In this document: in pieces, positions 28,571 through 38,799 of the stretch
Layout: each line of letters begins with the position of its first letter
How positions within the stretch are numbered: position 1 is the stretch's first letter
DNA from: an uncultured candidatus Porisulfidus sp.
Lineage (GTDB): Bacteria; Pseudomonadota; Gammaproteobacteria; Poriferisulfidales; Poriferisulfidaceae
Direction: 5' to 3'
DNA: 64,000 nucleotides
NCBI GenBank assembly: GCA_965204575.1
Contig: OZ241993.1
Span: 1,536,001 to 1,600,000 of the forward strand
Translations under genes and position numbers: made by a program
Notes under the pieces: generated by a model
The model's input: only the letters and a program-made list of their open reading frames with translations
Databases searched by the model: none
Told to the model about the DNA's origin: nothing

Positions 28571-28714
28571 CTATAGGCGGCCATTTGGCTTCCTTTTTAG
28601 CCGCCGGTGCCGCCACCACGGTATAACCGCGTTGCCGATCAGTACGGCCGCCACCAGTCCGTAGGCGCTCCACACGAAGAACGCATAGCCGCCCATCGCC
28701 AGGAATTCAGCCAT
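28571..28714 (-). CDS. ccmD: Heme exporter protein CcmD (47 aa, not in ORF track)
   Basis: Manual translation MAEFLAMGGYAFFVWSAYGLVAAVLIGNAVIPWWRHRRLKRKPNGRL; overlaps ccmC stop. Confidence 0.9.
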   Translation of the reverse strand: MAEFLAMGGYAFFVWSAYGLVAAVLIGNAVIPWWRHRRLKRKPNGRL

Positions 28715-29447
28715 TCCTCACCTCTTTGACCCACTGCCGGTCCGCTTCCTGCTCCAGGATGCGCACCCGGATGCGCGCGAGCAGAACCGTCGAGAAATAA
28801 AGGATGAACACCGTTCCCATGAACAACAGCGGCCAAAGCATGCTGGAATGCGCCGCCGGCTTGTCGAAGCGGGTCACCGTGGCCCCCTGGTGCAAGGTGT
28901 TCCACCATTCCACGGAGTAATGGATAATCGGGATGTTGACGATCCCGGCCAGGGCAAGCACGGCGGCCACCCGCGCGCCCTTGCGAGAGTCCGCGAAAGC
29001 GTTGTGCAGCCCCAGCACGCCAATGTAGAGGAACAGCAGGATCAACTCCGACAGCATGCGGGCATCCCCCCACTGCCACCAGGTTCCCCACATCGGCTTG
29101 CCCCACAGCATGCCGGTGCCCAGCGCCAGCGCCGTGAACCAGGCGCCAAGCACCGCGCATTCGTAGATTGCGACCTCGGCCAGCTTCACGTGCCAGACCA
29201 AAGCGACCAATCCGGCCCCTGCCATCACCGTGTAAACCATCAGCGACAGCCAGGCCGACGGGACATGGACGTAAATGATGCGGTACGCCTCGCCTTGCTG
29301 GTAGTCGGGCGGCGCGACGACCAGTCCCCAATACAGCCCCACGGCAAAACCAAGCGCAGTCAACACGGAAAGCCACGGCAGCCAAGCCCCGGCGACCGAA
29401 TAGAAGTATCGGGATGAGGAAAGTGCTGCAAATCGTTGAAACATCAT
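28707..29447 (-). CDS. ccmC: Heme exporter CcmC
   Basis: RIIYVHVP, WGKPMWGTWWQW.D.R, IHYSVEWWNTLHQ. Confidence 0.97.
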   Translation of the reverse strand: MMFQRFAALSSSRYFYSVAGAWLPWLSVLTALGFAVGLYWGLVVAPPDYQQGEAYRIIYVHVPSAWLSLMVYTVMAGAGLVALVWHVKLAEVAIYECAVLGAWFTALALGTGMLWGKPMWGTWWQWGDARMLSELILLFLYIGVLGLHNAFADSRKGARVAAVLALAGIVNIPIIHYSVEWWNTLHQGATVTRFDKPAAHSSMLWPLLFMGTVFILYFSTVLLARIRVRILEQEADRQWVKEVRNG

Positions 29448-29448
29448 C

Positions 29449-30120
29449 TTATTCCTGGCTGACACGCAATGCGGCCGCGGTTGCGAGCGGAGCCAGGCTC
29501 ACGCCCAAAAACAGCAAGCCCGCCAGCAGCAGCAAGGCACCGTCGGCAGGCCGCCCTTCCACTGCCGCGTGCACGGCCCCGGCACCGAACATCAGCACCG
29601 GGATGTAAAGCGGCAGCACGATCAGCGCCAGCAGGACCCCGCCGCGCGGCAGGCCCAGGGTCAGCGCCGCGCCCAGCGCGCCGACCCAGCACAGCACGGG
29701 CATGCCCAGGGCCATCGAGGCGGCCAGCATCCAAAGCGCCTCACCGCGGAGGCCCAGCCATCCGGCCAACACCGGACCGATCAGGATGAGCGGCAGCGAG
29801 ACGATCATCGCATGCGCGATCAGTTTCGCCAGCGCCAGCCAGCCCAATGATACCCCACTGGTCACCCACAACTCGATGCCGCCTTCCTCGAGATCGGCCG
29901 AAAAAAGTGTTCCCTGGGCCAACAGGACCGCCAGCAAGGCGGCGACCCAAAGCAAGGACGGTGCAGCCTGCCCCAACAGGGACAGATCCGCCCCCGCCCC
30001 AAGCGGGAAAAGCAGCATCACCAGGGCATAAAACACGAGCGGTTGCAGTAACTGGCCACGCCGCCGCCAGGCCAGTCGGATCTCGCGCCGGAAAACGGCG
30101 GCAAACGCCCGGCCCATCAT
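29449..30120 (-). CDS. ccmB: Heme exporter CcmB
   Basis: LFPLG, WVAALLA, LPLYIPVL.FG. Confidence 0.95.
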   Translation of the reverse strand: MMGRAFAAVFRREIRLAWRRRGQLLQPLVFYALVMLLFPLGAGADLSLLGQAAPSLLWVAALLAVLLAQGTLFSADLEEGGIELWVTSGVSLGWLALAKLIAHAMIVSLPLILIGPVLAGWLGLRGEALWMLAASMALGMPVLCWVGALGAALTLGLPRGGVLLALIVLPLYIPVLMFGAGAVHAAVEGRPADGALLLLAGLLFLGVSLAPLATAAALRVSQE

Positions 30121-30698
30121 GCGCCGAGCTGCAAGGTCCAGCCCTGCAGGGAGTCCGAAATTTCCCGGTGCGTCGCCATCACGACCGCCCCGCCCCGGTC
30201 CAGTTGCCGGTGCACCTGGGCTTCGAACCAGCCGACCGAGGCCTCGTCCAGCGAGGTCAGAGGTTCATCCAGCAGCCAAAGCCGGCGAGTGCTGAACGCC
30301 AGCCGGGCCAACGCGACGCGACGGGCCTGACCCTCCGACAGGCGCCCGGCACGCGTTTCGGAGAAGGCGCCAAGCCCCACCGCCCCGAGTGCCGCGGCCG
30401 ATGCCCCGGCCTCGTCCCCCTCCAACGCCGCCATGAACTCCAGGTTCTCGCGAGCCGTCAGGCCCGCACTGACCGCCACCCGGTGGCCGGCCCACAGCAC
30501 CGGCTCACGCTCCCCTTGCCAGGCCAATTCTCCCTGTTCAGCCGGCGACAAACCCGCCAGGATCCTCAGCAGCGAAGTCTTGCCGCTGCCGTTGGCGCCG
30601 CGCACCAGCCACAATTGCCCGGCTTCGACCTTGAACGAAAGGTTCTCGAACAAGGACCGCCCGTCGCGGCGACAGCCGAGTCCGCGCACCTCAAGCAT
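30117..30698 (-). CDS. ccmA: Heme ABC exporter ATPase CcmA
   Basis: GANGSGKTSLLR, LS.GQ.RRVALARL, WLLDEP. Confidence 0.95.
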   Translation of the reverse strand: MLEVRGLGCRRDGRSLFENLSFKVEAGQLWLVRGANGSGKTSLLRILAGLSPAEQGELAWQGEREPVLWAGHRVAVSAGLTARENLEFMAALEGDEAGASAAALGAVGLGAFSETRAGRLSEGQARRVALARLAFSTRRLWLLDEPLTSLDEASVGWFEAQVHRQLDRGGAVVMATHREISDSLQGWTLQLGA

Positions 30699-30748
30699 GT
30701 CTCGCCTCGGTTTTGACAGGCAAAGCGGTTGCCAGTAAAGTGAGTCGT

Positions 30749-31285
30749 ATGTGGAAAACGGTCTCAGCGGCAGCGGCAATCATACTGGTCGCGGTCGGGT
30801 TCGCAGGCTCCATGGGTGCCTCTATGGTACTGGATGCGACCAACACCACGGAATTCTGCACCTCCTGCCACTCCATGCAGTGGAACGAAGCCGAGTGGAT
30901 GGACTCCGTGCATTTCAAGAATGTATCGGGAGTCCGCGCCAGTTGCGCCGATTGCCATGTTCCGCAATCGCTCATCCCCAAGCTCGGCGCCAAACTGATC
31001 GCCGCGCGTGATGTCTGGGGCGAATTGATGGGGAGCATCGACACGGCCGAGAAATTCGAGGCACACCGCTGGCACATGGCCAGCCGGGTCTGGGACCGGA
31101 TGAAGGCCAACGATTCCCGGGAATGCCAAAGCTGCCACACGTACGATGCGATGGACCTAGACGAGCAGGACCGCAGCGCGCGCAAGAAGCATCACAGGGC
31201 TCCGATGCGCGGCAAGACCTGCATCGAGTGCCACAAGGGCGTCGCACACAAAATGCCAAGACGCCCGGTCGCGGCGAAAGACTGA
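30749..31285 (+). CDS. NapC/NirT-family tetraheme cytochrome c
   Basis: N-terminal TM plus four CxxCH (CTSCH, CADCH, CQSCH, CIECH); KGVAH. Confidence 0.92.
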   Translation: MWKTVSAAAAIILVAVGFAGSMGASMVLDATNTTEFCTSCHSMQWNEAEWMDSVHFKNVSGVRASCADCHVPQSLIPKLGAKLIAARDVWGELMGSIDTAEKFEAHRWHMASRVWDRMKANDSRECQSCHTYDAMDLDEQDRSARKKHHRAPMRGKTCIECHKGVAHKMPRRPVAAKD

Positions 31286-31481
31286 TTTTTGAAGGCGGTC
31301 GCCTGCGGAAAACCGACAAAAATTTCACAGATACGAGCCCTTTTCCGGGCAGAAGACCCCCAAACTCCAGCCTTATCCGGTCGGGATTCATCCTGCGTCT
31401 TCGACTGCTTTTCTCTTGTGTTACGATACCCCCCGATATTGCATCTCGGGCGTTCCCGGACCTTTTGCAGGAGGAGACTCA

Positions 31482-32159
31482 ATGCATTCGCAATTCATTT
31501 CTCGAGCCATTCTGACCAGCGCCCTGCTGCTGTCACCTGCCTTGCATGCGGATCAGCATGGAGACGGGGCCTCGATGGCATCGGTCGAGATGCTGACCGG
31601 CGCGTGCGTGGCCTGCCATGGCCCGGCCGGAGCCAGTGTCGGCCCGGCAATACCTTCCCTGGCGGGACTTCCAGCGGTTTACTTCATCGGCGCCATGCTT
31701 TCCTACAAGCACGGCCAGGACCTGGACGCTGCCGAGGCAGAAGCCGCATCCGACCCCGAACTTGAAGACGTGGAGATCTTTGCCCGTCACGGCACGATCA
31801 TGGACCGGCTCGCCTCTGGCTACACCCTGGCCGAGATCAAGACCATGGCCGACTACTTCGCCGGCAAGCCCGTCGCCTTGGCGACCCAGGAATTCGATGC
31901 CGAACTTGCGAGCATGGGCGAGGCCCTGCATGCAGACAATTGCGAGAAATGCCACGAGGAAGGCGGACGATCCACGGTCGACGACATGGTCCCGCTCGCA
32001 GGGCAATGGAAACATTACCTGCACTACAGCATAGCCGACTTCCACGGCGGTGCGCGGGGCATGCCGAAGAAGATGAAATCCCGGCTTGAAGAAGTCATGG
32101 AAACCGAGGGCGAAGACGGCCTCGCGGCCCTCATCAACTACTACGCCAGCCAGCAGTAA
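31482..32159 (+). CDS. fccA: Diheme cytochrome c subunit of flavocytochrome c sulfide dehydrogenase
   Basis: AGGAGG RBS, signal peptide, CVACH and CEKCH, GPAIP.LAG; upstream of fccB. Confidence 0.88.
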   Translation: MHSQFISRAILTSALLLSPALHADQHGDGASMASVEMLTGACVACHGPAGASVGPAIPSLAGLPAVYFIGAMLSYKHGQDLDAAEAEAASDPELEDVEIFARHGTIMDRLASGYTLAEIKTMADYFAGKPVALATQEFDAELASMGEALHADNCEKCHEEGGRSTVDDMVPLAGQWKHYLHYSIADFHGGARGMPKKMKSRLEEVMETEGEDGLAALINYYASQQ

Positions 32160-32178
32160 TCGCGGAGGAGTAAAGATC

Positions 32179-33465
32179 ATGACAACCCTGACAAGACGCG
32201 GCTTCCTGAAAGCGACCGGCGGCATTGCAGCCGTAGGCGCGGTCGGGATGGGCTTCCCTCAGCTTGCCCTCGGCGGCAACAAGAATGTGGTGGTGATTGG
32301 CGGTGGCGCTGCTGGCGCGGTCGCAGCCAAGCACATCAAACTGGCGGACTCCGGAATTAACGTCACCTTGATCGAAGCCAACGATCACTATTACACCTGT
32401 TTCATGAGCAACGAGGTCATCGGAGGCGACCGGGACATCTCGACCATCCGCCACGGATACGAGGGCCTGGCAAACCACGGCATCGAAGTGGTGCACTCCA
32501 AGGCTACGGGAGTCGACACCGATGCTCGCACCGTCACGACCGAGGGCGGGGACAGTTTCCCGTACGACCGGCTCGTCGTCAGCCCCGGCATCGACCTGAA
32601 GTGGGATGCGATCGAAGGCTATGACATGGCGGCAGCCGAAGCCATGCCCCATGCCTGGAAGGCCGGCCCGCAAACGGCACTGCTGCGCAGCCAGCTTGAG
32701 GCCATGGAAGACGGCGGCACGTTTATCATCTGCCCGCCCGGCAATCCGTTCCGTTGCCCGCCTGGGCCCTACGAGCGGGTCTGCCAAGTTGGCCATTACT
32801 TCAAGGAACACAAGCCCAATTCGAAAATCCTGGTGCTGGACGCCAAGGACAAGTTCTCGAAGATGGGCCTGTTCACGCAAGGCTGGGAGCGTCGCTACGA
32901 CGGCATGATCGAATGGGTGTCCGGTACGGATACCGCTGGCGGCATCGCGGAGGTCAACACCGCCGACATGACGGTGACCACTGAGTTCGGCGACACCCAC
33001 CAAGGCGCGGTGATCAACGTCATCCCACCGCAAAGCGCAGGGCAGATCGCGCAGGCAGCCGGGCTGACCGACGACTCCGGCTGGTGCCCGGTCCATCTTG
33101 ACACCTTCGAGTCGAAACTGGTGCCGGGCGTACACATCATCGGCGATGCCAGCATCGCTACCGGGCTGCCGAAATCCGGATACGCGGCCAATTCCGAAGG
33201 AAAGGTCTGCGCGGCGGCGGTCGTCGCCATGCTGGCCGACGAGGAACCGGGCACGCCGTCCTATGTCAACACCTGCTACAGCCTGATTGCACCGGATTAC
33301 GGCATTTCGGTTGCAGCGGTCTATCGCCTGGCGGAAGACAAGAGCAAGGTCGCCAAGGTAGCCGGAGGCCTGACGCCCTCGGACGCTTCGGACGAGATGC
33401 TGGCCCGCGAGGTTCAGTATGCGTACAGTTGGTACAACAATATCGTGGCGGACATGTTCGCCTGA
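32179..33465 (+). CDS. fccB: Flavocytochrome c sulfide dehydrogenase flavoprotein subunit
   Basis: Tat signal [47 protein letters not shown]. Confidence 0.93.
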   Translation: MTTLTRRGFLKATGGIAAVGAVGMGFPQLALGGNKNVVVIGGGAAGAVAAKHIKLADSGINVTLIEANDHYYTCFMSNEVIGGDRDISTIRHGYEGLANHGIEVVHSKATGVDTDARTVTTEGGDSFPYDRLVVSPGIDLKWDAIEGYDMAAAEAMPHAWKAGPQTALLRSQLEAMEDGGTFIICPPGNPFRCPPGPYERVCQVGHYFKEHKPNSKILVLDAKDKFSKMGLFTQGWERRYDGMIEWVSGTDTAGGIAEVNTADMTVTTEFGDTHQGAVINVIPPQSAGQIAQAAGLTDDSGWCPVHLDTFESKLVPGVHIIGDASIATGLPKSGYAANSEGKVCAAAVVAMLADEEPGTPSYVNTCYSLIAPDYGISVAAVYRLAEDKSKVAKVAGGLTPSDASDEMLAREVQYAYSWYNNIVADMFA

Positions 33466-33500
33466 CCCCATCAGGGCGGAACCCGCCAAACTCCAAAACG

Positions 33501-33526
33501 CGGGGGCCTTAGTGGCCCCCGTTTTT
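33501..33526 (+). terminator. Rho-independent terminator after fccB
   Basis: CGGGGGCC-TTAGT-GGCCCCCG stem followed by TTTTT. Confidence 0.8.
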
Positions 33527-36500
33527 GTCTCCCCCCCTTCTCGTGCTTGATCTTCCTCCGCTTCCCGCCGCCGGCTCTCGCCTGGGTTGCGGACAACTGT
33601 ATGGCGCGGCCCGCGCCTTGGCCGTCTCCGATCTCGCCCGCCGGAGTTCCGGCCTCACCCTGGTCGTCGCCCCCGACATCGCCGCCCAGGTCGCGCTGGA
33701 AGTCGAATGCCGATTTTTCCTCGGCCCGCAGACAGACCTCCTGTTGTCGTTTCCCGACTGGGAGACTCTGCCCTACGACCTGACCTCGCCGCATAGCGAG
33801 ATCATCTCTCAGCGCCTGCGGGCACTCCATCGCCTCCAAACCCGAAAGGCAAACAACCTGCTGATCACATCCGCCCCCACTTTGCTGCAACGCCTGTGTC
33901 CGCCCGATCATGTCCACCGCCAAACGACCACCCTTTCCACTGGCGGCAAAATCGAAATCGAACAGTTGCGCCAGCGGCTGGACCTGGCGGGTTACCAGAA
34001 CTGCTCCCAGGTCGTGGCTCCGGGAGAATTCGCCGTGCGTGGGTCGTTGCTTGACCTCTTTCCAATGGGAGCCGAGTCTCCATGCCGACTCGACTTCCTC
34101 GACGACTGCATCGACTCCATCCGCATGTTCGATCCCGAACGCCAGACTTCGACCGAACGGATTGAGCGCCTGGACGTCCTTCCGGCACGCGAGTTTCCGC
34201 TCGACCCGGAGACCATCGAGCGGTTTCGGAAGAATTTCCGCAGGGCGTTTGATATTGACCCGTCGCAAAGTCCCATCTACCGGGATATCAGCGACGCGAT
34301 CGTCCCTGTCGGCATTGAATACTATCTGCCCCTGTTCTTCGAGGAGACCGCCAGCCTTTTCGATTACCTGCCCGCTGAAACCACCATCGTGTGCTGGAAA
34401 GACGTGGACGAGGCCGCAGCTCAAACCCTGAGCGAGATCGAGACCCGTTGCGAAAGTCGGCTCCACGATGTTGAGCATCCGCCTTTGCCGGTTCCGATGC
34501 TGTACCTGAGCGAATCCGAATTCCAAGAGGCCCTGGCAGGCTACCCGCGATTGGATCTCAACCGTTTCGAACACGAGAAGCAGTCAGAGGAAGCCGCCTT
34601 CAACTACGCCTCACGCGCGCTCCCGGAACTTAAGGTACGGCCACAGGACAAGATTCCCGCCCGTGCCCTGCGCCAATTCCTCTCCTCTTCTCCACGGAAA
34701 ATCCTGTTCACGACCCACTCCCCGGGACGGCGCGAGCAGTTGAAGGAACGCCTGGGAGCCCTGAACATCCAAGTCAAGCCCATGGAAGGCTGGGAAGACT
34801 TCCTTCGGCAGGGACCGGACCTGGCGCTGGCGGTCGCGGACATCGAAGAGGGTTTCGAGCTTCCCGAGGCCGGAATCACGGTCATTCCCGAGTCGCATCT
34901 GTTCCCGGACCGCACCCCCCAGCAGCACCGCCAGCGGAGCCGGAGAGACCCCAAGGCCATCCTGTCCGAGCTGGCCAACCTCAAGCACGACAGCCCGGTG
35001 GTTCATGAAGACTATGGCGTCGGCCGCTACCAAGGGTTGCGCAAGCTGGAAATCGACGGAATCGAACAGGAATTCCTGCTCATCCAGTACGCCGACACGG
35101 ACCGGCTGTATGTGCCGATAATGGAATTGCACCGGATTACCCGCTACAGCGGCGCGGACCCGGAAGACGCGCCTCTGCATTCCCTGGGCGGGGATCAATG
35201 GCAGAAAATCAAGAACAGGGCTGCGAAACGTGCCTACGATGCGGCGGCCGAACTGCTGGAGGTCCAAGCCCGTCGCAATGCGCAGGGCGGGTGCACAATC
35301 AAAATCCCGTCGGATTACCCGAAATTCGAAGCGGCCTTCCCTTTCGACGAAACCCCGGACCAGGCGCAAGTCATCCGCGAAGTCCTGGAGGGTCTGGAAA
35401 GCGACTCGCCCATGGACCGGATCGTCTGCGGCGATGTCGGCTTCGGGAAGACCGAGGTCGGAATGCGGGCTGCTTTCGCCGCCGCCTTCAACGGCTTCCA
35501 GGTGGCCGTCTTGACCCCGACCACCCTGCTTGCCCAACAGCACGGCAAGACGTTTCGCGACCGGTTCGCTGATTGGCCGGTCCGGATCGAAGCGATCTCC
35601 CGCTTCCGGACTGCCCGGGAACAGGCCGGCATTCTGGCCGATCTCGCCGAGGGGAAACTAGACATCGTCATCGGCACGCACCGGCTGCTGCAGGACGACG
35701 TGAAATTCCGCAACCTCGGGCTGGTCATCATTGATGAAGAGCAGCGCTTCGGCGTGCGCCACAAGGAGAAGCTGAAGGCGCTGCGGGCCCGGACCAACCT
35801 GCTGACCCTGACCGCCACCCCGATCCCCCGCACCCTGAACATGTCGCTGTCCGGGCTCCGTGACCTCTCGATCATCGCGACCGCGCCCGCCCATCGGCAT
35901 GCGATCAAGACTTACGTCACCCAGTGGAACCAGCAGCAGATCCGGGAGGCCTGCCTGCGTGAACTGAAACGGGGCGGGCAGATCTATGTTCTGCACAACC
36001 GGGTCGCTTCGATCGATCAGGCCGCCGAAACCATGCGGCAGGTCGTGCCAGAAGCCGAAGTGCGGGTCGTGCACGGGCAGATGCGGGAACGCGAACTGGA
36101 AGCCGTCATGCGTGACTTCTACCGTCAGCGGTTCAACATCCTGGTCTGCACCACGATCATCGAGAACGGCATTGACATCCCGACCGCCAATACCATCATC
36201 ATCAACCGTGCGGACCACTTCGGCTTGGCCCAGCTGCATCAACTGCGCGGCCGGGTCGGGCGCTCGCACCACCTCGCCTATGCCTACCTGACTTGCCCGC
36301 CCCTGCAGACCATGACACCCGATGCGAAGAAGCGAATCGAAGCCATCGAAGCCATGGAGGAACTCGGTTCCGGCTTCATGCTGGCGACCCAGGATCTTGA
36401 AATCCGCGGCGCGGGCGAACTGCTGGGCGAAGAACAGAGCGGCCAGATCCAGCAGATCGGATTCGCGCTATACCATCGCCTGCTGCAGCGCGCGGTCGAG

Positions 36501-36995
36501 ACCCTGAAGAAAGGGGCGCTGCCGGAACTCGACAAGCCGCTCGAGCACGGACCCGAGATCGACCTCGGCCTGCAGGCGCTGATTCCGGATGACTACCTCC
36601 CCGACGTCTACCTTCGGCTCACGCTGTACAAGCGGATTGCCGGCGCGACTTCCGACGCGGAACTCGACGACCTGCAGGTCGAGATGATAGACCGTTTCGG
36701 GGCGCTGCCGCAGGCGGTCGCCAACCTGTTCGCCATCACCCGCCTGAAGCTGGAGATCGCGTCATTTGAATTTCTCCGTAAAATACAGCTAGCCCGGCAC
36801 GAAGGTCGGGTCACGTTCGGTGAGCCCGGCCTGGAACCGGAATCCATCGTCCGAATCATCGAGGACTCGTCCCGCCGCTACCGCCTGGACAACAAGATGC
36901 GCCTTCACTTCGAACTGGACATGCCGACCCTGGAGGACCGGATCCACGCTATCCGCGACCTGGCGCACCGGATCGGGACCCGGGAGGCCGCATGA
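33525..36995 (+). CDS. mfd: Transcription-repair coupling factor
   Basis: FPDWETLPYD, CGDVGFGKTEV, DEEQRFGV, TATPIPRTL, QLRGRVGR, TRCF C-domain; true start may be GTG 33543. Confidence 0.97.
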   Translation: MSPPLLVLDLPPLPAAGSRLGCGQLYGAARALAVSDLARRSSGLTLVVAPDIAAQVALEVECRFFLGPQTDLLLSFPDWETLPYDLTSPHSEIISQRLRALHRLQTRKANNLLITSAPTLLQRLCPPDHVHRQTTTLSTGGKIEIEQLRQRLDLAGYQNCSQVVAPGEFAVRGSLLDLFPMGAESPCRLDFLDDCIDSIRMFDPERQTSTERIERLDVLPAREFPLDPETIERFRKNFRRAFDIDPSQSPIYRDISDAIVPVGIEYYLPLFFEETASLFDYLPAETTIVCWKDVDEAAAQTLSEIETRCESRLHDVEHPPLPVPMLYLSESEFQEALAGYPRLDLNRFEHEKQSEEAAFNYASRALPELKVRPQDKIPARALRQFLSSSPRKILFTTHSPGRREQLKERLGALNIQVKPMEGWEDFLRQGPDLALAVADIEEGFELPEAGITVIPESHLFPDRTPQQHRQRSRRDPKAILSELANLKHDSPVVHEDYGVGRYQGLRKLEIDGIEQEFLLIQYADTDRLYVPIMELHRITRYSGADPEDAPLHSLGGDQWQKIKNRAAKRAYDAAAELLEVQARRNAQGGCTIKIPSDYPKFEAAFPFDETPDQAQVIREVLEGLESDSPMDRIVCGDVGFGKTEVGMRAAFAAAFNGFQVAVLTPTTLLAQQHGKTFRDRFADWPVRIEAISRFRTAREQAGILADLAEGKLDIVIGTHRLLQDDVKFRNLGLVIIDEEQRFGVRHKEKLKALRARTNLLTLTATPIPRTLNMSLSGLRDLSIIATAPAHRHAIKTYVTQWNQQQIREACLRELKRGGQIYVLHNRVASIDQAAETMRQVVPEAEVRVVHGQMRERELEAVMRDFYRQRFNILVCTTIIENGIDIPTANTIIINRADHFGLAQLHQLRGRVGRSHHLAYAYLTCPPLQTMTPDAKKRIEAIEAMEELGSGFMLATQDLEIRGAGELLGEEQSGQIQQIGFALYHRLLQRAVETLKKGALPELDKPLEHGPEIDLGLQALIPDDYLPDVYLRLTLYKRIAGATSDAELDDLQVEMIDRFGALPQAVANLFAITRLKLEIASFEFLRKIQLARHEGRVTFGEPGLEPESIVRIIEDSSRRYRLDNKMRLHFELDMPTLEDRIHAIRDLAHRIGTREAA

Positions 36996-37714
36996 GGAAG
37001 ATTTCCGCCTGGCTCCTGGCCTTCGCGCTCCTGCCTGCCGCAAGCTGGGCCGAGGACCTTTATCGCGTGGAAATCCTCATCTTCGCGCAATCCGCGGAAG
37101 TCGCGGACCCGGCCCGGCATTTCGAATCGGTTCCCGACCTGGAACTGGGTCAGGCGGTGGACTTCCGCCAGTATTTCTGCCTCCCCGCACGGTCGGGCGC
37201 TGAATTCATACGGCGTTTCCTGTCCGAAGAGGAGGTCGCGGAATGCCTGAGCGGATACCTGCGCCTCAACGAACTTCGGCAGCCCATGGTGGGGGAACGG
37301 ATCCGGCTGGAGAAATCCGAGCAATACCGAATCCTTCACCATGCCGCCTGGCAGCAACCGGCCTCGCATCCGGACGAAACCTACCCGGTCCGCCTGACCA
37401 ATGGAAAAGAGTTTTCAGAGGCATCCCCGGACGCCCCGGCACTGGACGGAAGCCTGCGTTTGTCCAAGGAACAGTTTTTGCAGATCGATCTGAATCTGCT
37501 GTATCACTACCCCACCGCAGCTTCGGACGCCGATGGAGAATCCGCTGGATCAGACGGCCTGCTACTTCAGGTCAGCCGCAAGCTCCGCCTCGGCGACCTC
37601 AATTACATGGATCACCCCTTGCTCGGGGTTCTTGCACAGGTCACGCCGGTCGAAGAGGATCCGCTTGATCTCGAGGCGAGTCGAACCACCCGCGCCGTCA
37701 GTTCGGCACGCTGA
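36992..37714 (+). CDS. CsiV-family periplasmic protein
   Basis: Signal peptide, YRVEILIF, L.H.AW.Q, LDG.L, Y.DHP.LGVL; follows mfd. Confidence 0.8.
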   Translation: MRKISAWLLAFALLPAASWAEDLYRVEILIFAQSAEVADPARHFESVPDLELGQAVDFRQYFCLPARSGAEFIRRFLSEEEVAECLSGYLRLNELRQPMVGERIRLEKSEQYRILHHAAWQQPASHPDETYPVRLTNGKEFSEASPDAPALDGSLRLSKEQFLQIDLNLLYHYPTAASDADGESAGSDGLLLQVSRKLRLGDLNYMDHPLLGVLAQVTPVEEDPLDLEASRTTRAVSSAR

Positions 37715-37725
37715 TTTTTCCGGCC

Positions 37726-38799
37726 TCAGCCGGACTGTGACTGCACGTGCAGCGTTCGCGTCGGAAACGCGATCTCGGCATCGTTCCGTTCCACGATTTC
37801 CGCTATCGCGAGCAGGAGGTCCTGCTTGATTCGGGTGTATTCCGCACGGTAGACCGTGGGGGTGTAACACTGGATGAAGAAATCCACCGAAGATTCGTTG
37901 AACATGTCGAAACGGGCCAACACCGGCATTTCCTGGTCGACGTCCGGCGATCCTTCTAACAACGCCTGCACTTCGTCGACAATCGCCTTCATCTTCCCCA
38001 GGTCGTCGTAGCGGAGCCCGATGACCTGCTTGATCATCCGGTGAGACATCCGGCTCGGATTTTCGATCACGATGGTCAGGAACATTCCGTTCGGGATGTA
38101 CAGGGCATTTTTCGAATGTGTCCGGATCAAGGTCTGGCGCCATCCGATTCTTTCGACACTCCCCTCGATGTCGCGGTCCGGGGAGCGAATCCAGTCACCG
38201 GTCTTGAACGGACGGTCCATGTGCAGCATCAAACCGCCAAAGAAATTCCCCAGCATGTCCTTGGCCGCGAACCCCACGACCAAGCCGCCGACCCCGCTGA
38301 ACGTGAGAAGGCCCACGATGCTCACGCCGAAGGTCTGCATCAGGCCCATGCCGACGAGCACGACGATGGCTGCCTGCAGGGTCCGGGCGACCGCCAGATA
38401 CAGGTCTTCGTCCAGTTCCTTGCCTTCGGCCCGGGCTCGCTGGCGCGCTCCGGCGCTGTAGTCGCGGATGAGCGAGAACAGGAACCATCCGAGAATCAGG
38501 AAGACCCCTGCTCTCTGAATCTTCGGCAGCCAGGACGCGAAAGAGGACTCTCCCAGCAATAATTGAATGATCAGCGTCAGCGCGATGAACCAGATCAGGG
38601 CCTGTACGGGCCTGGATGCCGAACTCAGCACGGCGTCATCCATGAGGTAGGTCGTGCGTTGCGCGCCGCGTTGCAGAATGCTCAAAAGCCAATGCCCGAC
38701 AACGCTCGCCACCAGCGCTCCGCCCAATAGAAGGAGCACTTGAGACAGTCCTCCTTGCCCCAGATGCGTCTGGCCGATCTCAAGCCACTGTTCGATCAT
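37726..38799 (-). CDS. MscS-family mechanosensitive channel
   Basis: GFAAKD.L.NFFGG, RPF..GDWI, G.VE.IGWR.T, IPN, EIAFPT. Confidence 0.92.
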   Translation of the reverse strand: MIEQWLEIGQTHLGQGGLSQVLLLLGGALVASVVGHWLLSILQRGAQRTTYLMDDAVLSSASRPVQALIWFIALTLIIQLLLGESSFASWLPKIQRAGVFLILGWFLFSLIRDYSAGARQRARAEGKELDEDLYLAVARTLQAAIVVLVGMGLMQTFGVSIVGLLTFSGVGGLVVGFAAKDMLGNFFGGLMLHMDRPFKTGDWIRSPDRDIEGSVERIGWRQTLIRTHSKNALYIPNGMFLTIVIENPSRMSHRMIKQVIGLRYDDLGKMKAIVDEVQALLEGSPDVDQEMPVLARFDMFNESSVDFFIQCYTPTVYRAEYTRIKQDLLLAIAEIVERNDAEIAFPTRTLHVQSQSG

